Shown here piece after piece: positions 36,347 through 49,782 of a stretch of DNA of 64,000 nucleotides. The position numbers were made by a program, and so were the translations under genes. The notes beneath the pieces are model-generated. The model was given only the letters and a program-made list of their open reading frames with translations, was not told where the DNA came from and searched no databases. Source of the stretch: Ophelia neglecta (taxonomy: Eukaryota); assembly GCA_965285935.1 (NCBI GenBank), contig OZ260667.1, positions 35,464,001-35,528,000 of the forward strand, in the 5' to 3' direction. The stretch's first letter is position 1. Each line of letters begins with the position of its first letter.

Positions 36347-39300
36347 CTAAAAGAAAAAAAGTATTGTTTGCATGAATACACACACATTGTTAATAAAAAG
36401 GCAACAAATGTGTTATGTTATGTACAGTATTTGATCTTACTTTTTTCTTTTTCGGGGCTAGAAAATAATGAACTTTAGTGCAAAATTAAGGGGTGCCTCT
36501 CAAGATGTTAAATTAAAGGCAGAAATTGGGATTTCATTGATTTGACTTTTGAAAGCACTACAAAGGCCTACACAAGAACTTGACCAAATGCACAACATGT
36601 GGTTTGCTATATAGGCTGCCAATGTTGGTTCTAGCAATTAAAATAAAGGTAGAAATCAAGATGTTGGAGATTTAATTTCAGAATGCATACCGAGGTCAAA
36701 TTTTACAAAAGGACACACTATATAAAAAAGTTTATGCATGACTAGTATTGAAAATGTTATCAGTCCATGGCCAAGTGTAGGCACTTCATCCCTCATGACA
36801 TGTGCTCTTCAAAAATGGTGGGGGGAACAATACCCATACACAGCACACAATATATTAAATGTGTTAAAGCATGATTCTAACCTCTTGCACAGCAATTGGC
36901 TGGTTACTGTCTTCTGTGGAAAGGGTAGGACAATAAGGATCATACGGTTCATCTCCTTCTGATGGATCAGGAACAGGAGAGCTCTTCCTTTTTTTGGGTT
37001 TTTCTTTAGCATATGCTTGTATGATTGGATCATCAATGTGTGATGCATCGATTTCCTCATTATCAGAACTGGAGTACTCATCAGCTTCGACTTCTTTGGG
37101 AGGTGATAATTCCTCGGCACTAGTAGATTTTGAAGGCACTTCTTTAGTCTCACTTTCTTTGTTTGTGTCCTGTAAAGCAAAATTCAGTGGATGAGCTTCT
37201 GAAATTGCTTAAATGCAAAATTAATAAGAGCTTGTACATATGCATCAACTGGCCCACAAAACTGTATATATAACTTATTACAGCAGGACTGCCCTGGGGG
37301 GGGGGGGGGGGGGGAGGTAATCACAGTTGACAAGAAATAAAAGTGCCCTTTCACAGCTCACAAGATAACTCTGCTGTTATTTACAAAGGTTGGTTATGAA
37401 AAGAAGTCCTACTTCTTCCTATTAAACACTTCTATCATGTCTGAGCTGCCCCATTCGACCACCACAAGGCACTGAGCATCTAGTTTTCCCAATCTGACCT
37501 TAAAACATTTACCGAAGTCAAAATAAGAGTACCCATTGTTTCCTTCAAATTTAATTCCTTTGGGGAAAAAAATGACTATCATTCCTATCTAGCACCAATA
37601 AGTCACCACAAGGATGGATAGACAATGTGACATGAAATCAGTTAAGTACCGTCAGCTCCGCTGCTGTCTTTGAACTAAGAAAAGTAATTTGTTGTGAGCA
37701 GTTGCATGAAGGATGTGAACACTGTAAATAAAATTAACCTAGATATAACTTGATTCCGAGCCTACACGACTCCGACTATCATTCGATAGGGGCAGCAAGC
37801 AATGTAATATTGACTTGCACTTAGAAAGGAACTGGGTTTTAGGGGAAGATATTCCTTGTCAGTTGATCAGGAAGTATACCAAGAAAGAGATGAACATAAA
37901 GTTTAATAGCAAAATTGAGAGTTCAATGTGAAGTGAAAAGGAGTAAAAAGGTTGTAGTGGCTCCTAAAGTCAAGTTCAAGGTAGCCACTGGATTCCTTGA
38001 TTTCAAATTAGTGGTCATACATTTGATATGTCTATCTTGTACCATTAGTGCCTTCCACTTGCAAGGCCAAACTTCAATAGCTGCATTTTTCCAAATGTTT
38101 GGCCATAATACTTTTCTGTTACACACAATATGCAAAACTTACCGTATTAGCCAGCTTGGCTTTAGCCGCTTCCATCTGTGCTTTGGCTCTCGCCAGTATG
38201 GCAGCTTGTAGAGGGTTTTGTGGCTCAGCCTGTGCCAGGGGGTTATCTACCAAGGTTTCAGTAGTAGTTGAAGGTTCTGTTGGGACAAGTGGTGGCTTTT
38301 GTTCTTCAACTGGCTGAGCATTCCGCTGCCGAGGATCACGAGGTCCAATTGCAGTTGGTGGTTTCCTTGGATCTTGTTTAATACTTACAGGTGGTTTTGG
38401 ATGGATGGGGTGGGTCTGGTCTGGAGCAAGGGGTTTAGTGCCATGAGACACTGCCTGAAACAGCAAGAATTTATTTATTTCTTGTTTGCAATTTTTCCCC
38501 CAAAACTGACAGGAAAGGAACACATGGAAATCAAATGCGCCTGGCACAAACAACTGATTATTGCATGCACTTATACCTAATAAAAAGGCAGCAATCTTGT
38601 TAAAATGGAAAATAAAATTTACCAGGCTATGAGCATTAAATGAGTGTGTTGGGTCTATTATCTTATAATATCATCATATATTAAACCAACCTCTATTGGA
38701 ATTTCTTTGGGGACAGCTTTGGTGTCAAATTTTGGATCTATCTTGATCCTTTTCGGCTGGTCTCTGTTTGTGCTTTCTGCATCGTGTCTTTCTGAGTACA
38801 TCCAAGTTATTGCCGGGGCCGGTTCCTTTTTGACACGCTTGGATTTTTGCTTCACTATAACACCTAGTAACATATTGGGCTTGTCCACACTCAATCCTGT
38901 GAATATGAGAAATTAATGTGAGAATAATAATAATTATATTTCACAGAGATACTAGTACTTATACCTGTAAACAAGGCCATCAGTGCTCCAGTTATAAATA
39001 GTAGTTCATGTGCAAGTGAGGATAAATATTCTAAAAATGTGCACACATAAAATATGTCTGACCATGTTGTAACATTAGACAAGATACTGAACAAATTCAG
39101 CAGCAAAGACATATAAAATTTAATCAATCTGGAAAATGTGTATTTTGTATCTAATATTTGTTTGATGGCAGTTTGACTAGCATTATTGTTAAAATGCAAT
39201 GTTGCCTTTTTTACTTTTTTGGATATTTCACAAGCATTTTTTGCTGTACCTGGTCCATCAAATGGCAGTAGGACTGAAGGTGGTTGGCTGCCAGCAGCCA

Positions 39301-42300
39301 AAGGTACTACATACATGTCCTTGACAGCATGACTGCAGCTACCAACTACTCCACATCGATTACGTGCCTCTAAGTAAGTGAATAGCTCTGTGTATAGAGT
39401 CTTCTCACTGCCAGCTTTAGCATCAAATTTTATGATGACTATCTCCTGAAATTGACAATTTGAAAAAAAAATTAATAGTCACTTCAACACAGGTATCATT
39501 AAAAGAGAAAAAGGTTTGGTGAAAGGTAGGTTGCTATCAAGAACCCAGGCAATTCATATAAATCTCAAATCCCTACTGTATCCTATCATCATTGGTTCCA
39601 AAGAACAGTTAACACACTTAAAAAATATTGTGGCCTAAAAATGCCATTCCTTGCATGAAAAGTACCATTCTCTCAAACCTTGTAGGCCAGGGAATGTGAT
39701 CATAATTTAATTAGGTGAACTTACTCTGTTGCTATGATGGCCTTTGATTTTTGATAGGTAGTCAAAGACATTTTCTGGAGGTAGTCTTCCCATAATATTA
39801 ATGGTGTCTGGTAACTCCTGCAATAAGATTTATAAATTATATTAGAACACAGAAACAAATTTGCATAACTCAGGAAGAGCAGTTTACAGTCATTGACTAT
39901 TCCATATAAACAAAACCAGGGAAGCATAATACAACATTATTGTGACATTTTTCTCTCCCACAGAATAGCCTTATACTAAAAAAATGCTTACAGCTAATAT
40001 ATTTTCGCAGTATCCAGACACTTGCTCTGCTTGTGCTAGAAACTTGCAAACGTCTGGAGCAAAAATGCTTCCTTTCCAGACTGCCACATCAGGAGGTCCT
40101 GTTTTCTCAGGTGCCATTACAGTGTCAGGCGCCACTTTTATCTGAGGAATGCTAGCCTTCCAGTCAGTGGGTCCTGTTCTTTCAACTGCTTTAGAATCAG
40201 AGACTCTGAAAAAGAAAACAGAAAAGTTGGTAAATAATACCCATTTTTATTAGGGGGTAATGTCTGTATGTAATGTACATATACTTTTGGTTTTACCTAA
40301 AATTGACTTTCTTAGCATATTGAGCCACAAGGTCAAAACAGAAGGGGTATGTTTATAGCTGTATTTCTGGTATGTAAACATTCCTAACAATGTGATTGTT
40401 TTGACATGAAATGAATATACACCATGGGCACTGACAGTACTTGAATATTGATTAATTTATTGTTTTTTTACACAGGTGAAAGCAATACAGAATATATGTA
40501 CAATGGGCTACTTAGAAAATATTTTGTGCATCCCATGGTAAAGAAAGGAAAATAAATATTTGCTTTAGATTAAAATCTATACTAATGAGCAATCATATTT
40601 TTTTCTTGAACTTACTTTACAATTGGTTTAGCTTCCACAGTTTTGACCAGATTTGGTTCACTTTCAGCCACAGTAGAGAGGGGTGGAGGCACAGTAGCTT
40701 TAGGACTTGGTACAGAAGAAGCAGTGCTACTTTCAACTTTATAAGTTGAGGAGTCTCTAACACAGAATGGATCATGATGGATAAAGTCTTGATTTTGACT
40801 GAAGGAACCGCTGTTAGAAGTGTCTGGCCGAGACTTGTAATCATACGCCTGACCTTTCCCGCCAGAATCACTTTTATTCTCATCTGTTGAGGTGAAGCTG
40901 ACGCGTGCCTTTTTAGAAGCTGGCTCCACCTCCTTTTCAGGTTGCCTTCCAGTACATATTTTGCAATTAAGATCAAAGAAATGTTTTCCGTGACTGGCAG
41001 TGGAGTCCACAATAATAGACGACAAAATATCAGCCTGTGGATCAACAATCCAACTGGCCTGCAAACAGAACACCGCATGATATAAGCACAAGTTTTTTTT
41101 TATCATGACAACAGTCAATTCAGACTTGAGAATGCATATCAAATAAACTGAAATTAGGAAAGAAAAGACTAAATAGTAGTTATCATTACGGACCATTGCA
41201 CTGCAGTGACAAATCATTTATCAGCCAAGCTTATTATCAGAGCAATTCCATTCAAAATTCTTGGGTGGCAAGGGGGGAGGTTTTAGGAGGGTGAATAAAA
41301 AAATCACTCAAATACACACAACACAGGTTGATAATTTAGGGTAGTTTGAAGGAAACCAGGTATTTTGTCATGGAACAGCCTGTTGAGTCATAGTGCCTTC
41401 TGTATATAATATTACAAGTTTTAAGGAACTGTAAAACCAAACTATTTGAAAATAACACAGATTTTAGTATTATTAAATATTTTTCTGGCAGAAAACATGG
41501 CCCTTCTATTTATGATTTATAGCTAAATATAATGAAACTTTTAAATGGAAATAGCAACTGCTAAACCATGAATATTTGTGTACTCTATAATTTTACAATT
41601 TTATGTTATGTTTGAGAGATTTGTACCCTAATTATTATATGGAGAGAAAAAAGGTTTTACAGATATACATGTTACTTACATGACTGGTATATGCATCAGA
41701 TGTTCTCCGAGGAGTTTTTGGAGGAGATTCTTCTTTGTCCAATTCACAAATGTCAATCTCCTATAATCAGGACATTAATGTCAAAATTTTTTAATCTTAA
41801 TAAAGTTTTGCTCCCGGAAGTTGACAGAATAGGAAACTGACAGAAGTACCTCATTAATATCATTAGCAACATCAACTGATTATTAATGGATAGGGTGAAT
41901 TGCGACAAATGTAAATGCAAACCAAACAATGAAGCTGGATATAGCTATGCTAAACATGCACATTAAAACCCAGCAATGATGTTAAAAAAAACATACACTC
42001 TGACTTTCCTTCCATTTAGCAAGTTCTTTTGATGACATCTGCTCTTCTGTTAGTCTAACTAACTTTGCTGGTTTCAGTTCAGCATGAAGAATTCTTCTAA
42101 ACAAACCCTACAAGAAGAAGTTGTATGTGTTACGGCATATTTAGATATGTGTGGGCAGTGTAAGTCAAAACTATATTAAAGGGTATCAGCATGACTTTCT
42201 CTTTTTTCCTTAATAATACACTGTTCTTAACATATATACAGATCATTATATCCTACATGCGGAAGGGGTATACCTTTAATTCAATTTCTTCCTATTTATT

Positions 42301-45300
42301 GCAAGGATCAATGCAAGGAATTTTTTTTTCTATTTTGAAAAAAAAATGCACAGTTTATCAGTGTCTTTGGACAATTTATGTGCAAAGCAGAAAGCAAACA
42401 TTGTAAACTAAGGAACCAAAAAGTATGCAAACAGAACTAAAGTGCCTGTTTTTTTTTTATATAGGGCACCTAAATTTTAAAATTTTCCCCAAATTTAAAC
42501 CTTTAATCCTTCTGATATAATGCTCATTTCATAATTTAATTTCAAAATTTCCTACAGTGTAAGTGTTACATTACAATAAAGTGCTTGGCAAGGCTTACCT
42601 TGTTTTCTGGGTCTTTGATGTTGAATATCATCACTTTGTACTTGCTTTTATACTTTGAACTCACAGCACCATAATACTTATACAACTCATCCTCTATCTC
42701 TAGGGCAAGTTTCTTTATTTCAGCTGCTGATAGCATTACATCGTCAGCAGAATTGGCCCTAAATAAAGAAATATGTTAGCTAATAAATGCTTGGGTACCA
42801 TTTTCTTTTTTTAAACTTTTCATTTGATTTTTAATTTTCAGATCACAGCCGGCGTCTTCTGAGGTCAAGACTAGTTACAGCTTTTGCAGCATGAAAATGT
42901 AAATAAAAACCAATGTATTCATGTTGCATCAGATATTAATTATTGTTTACAGCCTACAAAAAAAAAATATGCCAGCTGTTTTAATAGTCAATTGATTCTA
43001 CCTCTGGTTCAGGTTATCTCGCAAGGATTTTCTGACTCCTATACGCAATGGGTCAAGGCCTCCACTGTAGACAATCTGTTTGGACTCTCTTTGTTTCCTG
43101 GCCATTTCAGCTCTTTGTCGCTCTTTTCCCTTTTCCTCTCGTTTTTTCTTCTCCGCTTCTCGCTTCTCTCTTAACATTTCCTTTTCTCGCCTCTCCTTCT
43201 CCTTTTGCTTTGCTTGTTTCTTTGCCTCCAGTCTTTCCTTCTCTTTCTCTGAAAATGAAACCAATCATAAAATGATTGCGAACCTTTTTTTTCCGACATC
43301 CCTTCTTTTTATATTCATGTTATTCTCCTGATGACACTTATGGCAGAATAAACATACAAGCAAGTAAAAATAAGTTCATTTCAATTCAAATTTATTAAAC
43401 CTAGTAGTGTATTTATATGCTTTCTTATTTAGGTAAATATTAATATGAGTAATGTTAATGATTGAAAAATATGAAATACTGAACAATGTGTAACAAGGAA
43501 TGCCAATAAAAAAATGGAATCATTTACTCTACTTACTTTGTGCATAGAATGAGGCGGCTGACTGTCCCACCTGCTGACCAGATCTGAGCACCTCAAATGT
43601 GGGATGCTTCTCTAACCACTGTGTCAGAGTAATGTCTGTGGGTGCAGCTGGACCAGTTAAAATTTTCCCTGTTTTCCTCTCAAAAACGACAATTCTTTCT
43701 TGGGAGCCCTGAGAGCTTGGGCGGTTGCCATACATTTTGCTGCGCTCCTGTTCAATGAACTGAAGAGACTCCTCAGCATGTTTGTTAATACAAGTTTCTG
43801 AACAGTACACACTACCCTCCTTGGAATTTGCAGAACACATTGTGCATTTCTCTCTCATGGCTGCTGGAAGAAGCTGTAAAAACAGGTATGTTTATGGTGA
43901 AAACTCAATATTCTACATTGTAGCAGACTGGATTACTTTTTATCAAACCTGCACTTGATCAAACATTAAAGACTGAAAAAGAAACAATAGATATCATTCA
44001 TTTTTGCTGTTAAGTAAAAAAAACCTATAGAAAATGTGTTCAAACTCAATTATTGAAGATGTATTCTTATGACCAGAGACAGTCAAGGGAAAATATAAAT
44101 CAGTGCTATAAAATAAAATGTATCCATACCGATTCTTTCACTTTCTCTTTTTTTTCTTTGCTCCTCTTCCTTTTAGTTTCCTTCTTTAGCTCACGACTAG
44201 TTGTGGCAGTTTCCGGTTCTTCCTTGACATCCTCCGTCACTTTCTCAGGGGCAGATCCCTCTGGAGAAGTCATCTCAGGTACATCTTTCTCGGTTCTTTT
44301 CTTTTTTAATGCTTCCAACTGAAAGTATTTGAGCGTCAATTTAATGTACATGATTGTTTTTAATAAGAAGCTTTCACATCCAGTTTCCATCCTTTAATAA
44401 AAAAAAGTTCAGATTATATTTCATGCTATTGCATCTCAAAGCTCATCAACTCTTCATCTTTTTCAAAGAGTTACTTTTTACCCTTTGCCCAGTTTCTAGC
44501 AATTTGTGCAGTAGTTGGTAAGTTTTGATAACTTTATTATATTCTAAGGAGAAACCACTAGTTAGTAACTTGCTTATTGGCTGATTCTTAACATGGCAGT
44601 AAAGCCATTGACCAATTGGGTCATGCATGCACAGGGAGAAAATGGTCAGTGCATACCTCCTTTTATTAAGTACATCAGTCAACTAGAAAGTTTAAATCCT
44701 GTAATCTTACCCCTACCTTTTCCTGGAGCTGAGAGACCAGTTCTTTGTGCTGTTCAGTTTTCTGAGCCCACCCTTTGGTGTTTGCTCCCCCCTCACCTAG
44801 TCCTCGGTCATCAGAGTCTTCATGGTGCTCATCAGTCTCACTGTGAGATACCTTGGTTTCTTCTGCTTCCAGCACATATTCCTGAGCACCTGTTGGTTGA
44901 CTCTTCCTCTCTAATTTGGTTCCTGCAGATAAGATATTTTGACATCATTGGGAGAGATTAATATTAGTGTTTTAAGAAAATAGTGTCTCACAAAATGCAT
45001 GTTTTTTTACCTTTATTATTCAAATAGGTTTTGGCTGATTGCAAAATACTTGGCAGATTGCAAAATATCGAAAAATAAATAACCTTCACATGCTTCACAA
45101 ATCCACTGCACATTATTTTTGGCCATTTCTTTCCCTCTTCGTTTTGTGACACCAACACAACTGCCATGATACCACATCTCACATGTATCACAGCAAATCA
45201 TGAACCTGCAAGTGTGCCACCATCAAGTTACAAGGATATAATACATAATTCTCATTTTAATACAAACATTGTATCATGCACTTATAGATGTTATTCGACA

Positions 45301-48300
45301 GAAAAAGCTATTCATAAGAGCAAACTACAAAAGCTATTCTTAAGAGCCAATAGTGGCTATTCTTATTTTGTATATTACTTATAATTTTCTTCTTATTACC
45401 TATTATTATATGGCTTTTTACAAATGCACCATAGTTTTTCTGGATCATCTTCTGGTCCCCATTCACTATCATCATTATCCTCTTCTTCAGGGTGATCATC
45501 ATCAGAACATTCTAATCTCGGTGCTTCTTCTGCTATACCAAGTGTCATAGAATATACAATTAATGCATAAATAAGATAATAAATGTAACATCTGGTTACT
45601 TATTGGCCAGCATTCACATACAATATCCAGTTTCTACAAAAGTTTCTGTAGTTCAATGAGATAACATCAAGTTATACTAAACAGAGTTTATTGAAATTTT
45701 ATTATTAATTATTTACCTTAACTAATTAAATATCATTCAAAATAGTTGGGTAATAGCAGTATAAGTATTTTGAATGACATTTAAAAATCTAAAATTAATA
45801 ATATGATTACTAAACCCATCTGTTAACCATTTTGGGTTCGATCACATATTCAACCATTTGCTAATAAATAAATTATTTATATTGAATCTAATCTTGGTAT
45901 ATAAATGTTGTTGATTTGTCCTATTAATTGGTATCACGAATTCTCACTCTTTATATCTTTTGTTTAGAGGTTCATATTACCGGATTCTGCAAGCAATTTC
46001 ATTTAAAGGCAACCTACATTATGCCCATTATGCCATGATTGTAAAATGCTTGTAAAGGTAAATATTCATACCTGCATCATTCCCAATGTCCATACCTTCT
46101 TCCGTTTCTACATTGGACACTTTTTCTCCTTCATTGTCAGCAGCTTGGGCAGCTTTCTTTTTACGTTTTCCAGGCTGAATTAAAAAACGAATTTGGTTTT
46201 AAAGAAACAGACATTATTTAAATTTCTAGTTTGAGTAAATAAATATATTTTGAACTGACTTGCACATCTACTAGATGCGTAGCATACACAGAAAAATATA
46301 CATTTTCTACTAGGTGCTCACTTACCTTTCTGCCAGAAGCCTTTGTTGTCTTTTCCTCTTGTGGTGCCTCAGATTCCTCAGGTTCATGAGCAGACGCCTG
46401 CTTCAACAATGCCGCCTTTCCTTTTTTTCCTTTCTTGCCTGGGGTCTTCTTGGGTTTCTCATCATCCTTTGCTGTAGTTGGCGCCTTATTGTCAGCAGCT
46501 TCTGTATCAATTTCAGTACTAACTTCCATTTGCTCCTCTTCCCCTTGGATAGGATGTTCTGTCACTGTAACGGCCATTTTACCCTTCCTTCCCCTCACTG
46601 AAGCACCTTTCTTTCTTTTCCCTTTTTGGGGGGATGCTGTTGGAGTAGTATCATCCTGATTGTCCTCAGTGGTGTCTGCTGTTTGAAAAAGTTTGCTTCC
46701 CATCGGAGAAACATCACTATCCTCTTTTTCTTCGTTTTCAGGCCCCACATAATCAGTTTGTCTTTTTCCACCCCTTCTAGTTCCAACCCCTCTAACTCGG
46801 CCTCGGCCTCTTCCCCGCCCTCTCCCTCTCACATGCTTAGGAGCTTCTTCCACAGTTTCAGTCTGCTCCTTTCCTACATTACTTTTAGCTCCTCTACCTC
46901 TTCTGGCCACATTTCTCTTCCCCTTGCCCCTTACTGGAGATGTATCCATTCCCTTTTTCCCTTTCCCCTTTGGTTTTGTCTGTAACACAACCTCAGATTC
47001 AGCTTCTTCCTTATTATCAGGATTCATGAATGCGACATCCTTTGGAACTTCTCCTTCCTCCAGCTCTTCTTGATCCATCTCTTTTTCATCATCACCCTCA
47101 TCCCCATCATCAGATTCTGTGGAAAACTCAATTTTTGTTTGGCTTGTTTTTTTACCGACGCCTGGTTTTGCTTTAACAGTGTATTCGACTCGGCCATCTT
47201 CTCTTTTGGGTCTCATTGTTCGCATATTGTACTGCTTAGCCTTACCCTTGAAATGGAAAAGAATCAAAAAATGAATATTTTTATATGAGCTTGCTTTGAA
47301 GATATCCCAACTCAGTTTAATAGGTAATGAGTTATTTGACCTGATTTCTCATTCATACTACTACATCATCTATCTCACCATTCCACTATTTTCACTGTCT
47401 TCTAAGCTTTCTTCATGATCATTTTCAGACTGAGAATCCTCTGCCTTGGCCAGAGCTTCAAGAGCTTTCTGTTCTCTTTCAAGGTTTTCTTTTCTAATTT
47501 TCTCTGCCATATCTCTTTGCTCTTGGTCCTGAATCCTGGTTGATCTCCTGTTTAATACATATTTTATATTTAATTTACAGATATGTTCCTTAACCGAAGA
47601 ATAAATTATATAAACATGTACATTGTCATAATATTTTACCCAGTTAGATAATTCAAAAAATCCATACTACTTGGAAGTTTGTAACACCTGTCATAAAATG
47701 ACATTGGTTGGACTATATTTAAATTAAAACAGTGTCTCTTTTTGCTCTTTAATACCTGATAGGTTTGGGCTTGTTGCCAATTTTAGCATCGGACTTTTCA
47801 TCAGAAGTACCATCGCTCTCCTCTGTTTTGGTTTGGAGCTTAGAATCCTCTTCTTTTTCATTATCAGAGGAGTAGGCATGACTGGTTCCTTGGAAGCCAG
47901 TCAATACTGGATCACCAATAAGGTTTAGATTTATGCCATCCTGTACAAAACAAGTTTAGATTTATTGAATGGTGCTATTTAAGGCCCAAAACTGAACAGG
48001 CTACATGTATGTGGGAAGACCAAAAGTTGCAAGACAGTGTAATTGTAGACTACACTGAAACCTAAAATGGGTTTTGTAAACTATAATAAATTGACAATTT
48101 CTAACTTATTTAAAAATAACAGTGGATGGGGATATTTAGCTTATCATTTTAAGCAGTTAGAATTGGAGACAAGATGTGGCAACAAAGTGATCATAATGTA
48201 CCTTGAGGATTGACTCATCTAGTTCAAAGTCTCCTTCCACGAGTTTCATAGACATATCAGTCCCATTGAGGCCATCTTCTTCAGTTGGAGGCCCTGTCTC

Positions 48301-48883
48301 TTCGCCATCATCTTCCTCCATTGAGTTCAGGGGTGAGGCTAGATCCTCTAAAGAAGTTTGTTGTAAAATTTTCTTACCCTCCTCAGAACAGAGTGCAGAC
48401 TCAATTTGACTTATGTCTTCTTCACTCATGCCTATGAAAGGATTCTTGTCCTGCTTTAACAGAAAAAATTAAATGACCAATTTAGTGAACAAACACTTAT
48501 TACCAAATGGCTTTTCTGATAACAAACATTTCTTATTATCATTCTACAGGTCATATCAGAAGTGCAAGCATGATGGAAACATATAAATATAAAGATTAGA
48601 TCACAAACTAAATTTGAGGCACAGCTCGGATTGTTTAAAATCTTACCCCAGCAAGAGCATCATCCAGACTGCTGTGAAAGTTCCATGGACCAGCATCCTC
48701 CTCACTGGTAGATGTAGATGATACTTCGCCCTCCCCACCAGGAGTAGTAGGTGAGGTGCCCAACTTAGGCAGTGTGCTGTCCTTGCTTTTTGCTTCAGAG
48801 TCTGCCGTGGAGGTGCTTGTCACAGCAGTGTCGGGAGAAGCTATGCTACTTTTTGTGTCACCCTCGCCTTGAGCTTTGCTCAT
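28583..48883 (-). CDS. DIDO1: DIDO1/PHF3/PPS-family protein (PHD, BRK, TFIIS central domain, SPOC, long RS/RG disordered tail), about 4,320 aa, about 23 coding exons
   Basis: Exons (minus): 48883-48647, 48450-48202, 47940-47756, 47547-47379, 47246-46326, 46174-46072, 45532-45400 and 45205-45084 (PHD LWCICKKPYNNRFMICCDTCEMWYHGSC), 44922-44711, 44318-44130, 43873-43537 (SVYCSETCI; BRK ERKTGKILTGPAAP...WLEKHPTFEV), 43248-43002, 42758-42599 and 42107-41997 (TFIIS_M KYKSKY...FNIKDPENKGLFRRIL), 41760-41680, 41058-40616 (HFFDLNCKICTG), 40205-39992, 39817-39725, 39445-39250 and 38896-38691 (SPOC VWKG...LPDTI...VKDMYVVPL...LPFDGPG), 38454-38143, 37169-36882, 36346-28583. Phases close (12,972 nt). A few boundaries have in-frame alternatives, and 5' UTR exons were not located. 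Confidence 0.92.
31520..31915 (-). repeat. Coding 36-bp minisatellite encoding (PPGRGPPPHHDG)n
   Basis: Six consecutive exact 12-aa units within about 11 close units; more degenerate units extend over about 31060-32030. Confidence 0.93.
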
Positions 48884-49604
48884 CACTCTCTCTCATTGGA
48901 ACACGCTGCAAAAACACACACATCTATCAATGTTATAAGGTGTATGCAACCTTTATTAATATATTAAATCACAGTTTTCATTCTATAAATATACCAGGGC
49001 AAATATATTTTGAGTTTTAATCAGGCTGTGATTACATGGTACAATGCCGACATTAAATGTATAGCGTAGGGCATTTTCAATAATTACCAAATATATAAGG
49101 TTTCAAGACAAAATATATGTGCATACATGTTGATACTCAAAAAGTCTACAATGCTGTTCAGTTTATTAAACTATGGCAAGCACAAACTGCAACTTTTATA
49201 TTATTGATGCCATTAAATTTGAACAAAATGTAATAAATTTATGATAGGTAGGCATTTATACCCAATTATAGTTTGGAACAATTAAGACACATAGATCTAA
49301 ATAAATTGTCATAATACCTAAGAAGCACAGAAAAGCTTAAACTGATACTCATTTTCAACAAAAAAAATTCAGTTTCATAACAAAATTAAAAAAACCTAGC
49401 AATTGACTAGTCAACATTATAGAGTTTTTAGCTGCACTATGGTTTAGAAATCTGTCACAAGTCATGTACATTTATCCAAGAATCATAGTTCCGGTTCAAG
49501 AATATATAACTTCAAAATATCATGAAAAAAGACAAAACAGTGGGTAATAATTTTCAAAAATGTAAACCGCTGTCATTTATACATTTGTGTCTAAAATGTT
49601 ATTA

Positions 49605-49782
49605 CAGTGAAACCTGTGAATTAAGACCACCAAAGGGACTGGAAAATACTGGTCCGAATTTAGAGGTGGTCTGTTTAGACAGGTTATTTAACATTGAAAG
49701 TGTACCACATGATCCTCACATTATTGGTCTGAATTGACAGGTGGTCTGATTATAGAGGTGGTCTTTAAAGCAGGTTTCACTG
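49605..49782. mobile_element. Tc1/mariner (pogo/Tigger-like) MITE, copy 2
   Basis: TA|CAGTGAAACCTG...CAGGTTTCACTG; collinear with 7979-8155. Confidence 0.8.

Noticed and set aside
29123-36350. Many overlapping ORFs in other frames or strands (for example 31381-32148, 31432-31914, 31520-31918, 34159-34869)
   Set aside because: Shadows of the biased, repetitive DIDO1-like exon; the 36-bp repeat lacks stops in several frames.
37380-37500. Alternative terminal exon producing a short DIDO isoform
   Set aside because: Weak acceptor, no poly(A) signal, and the surrounding sequence looks repeat-derived.
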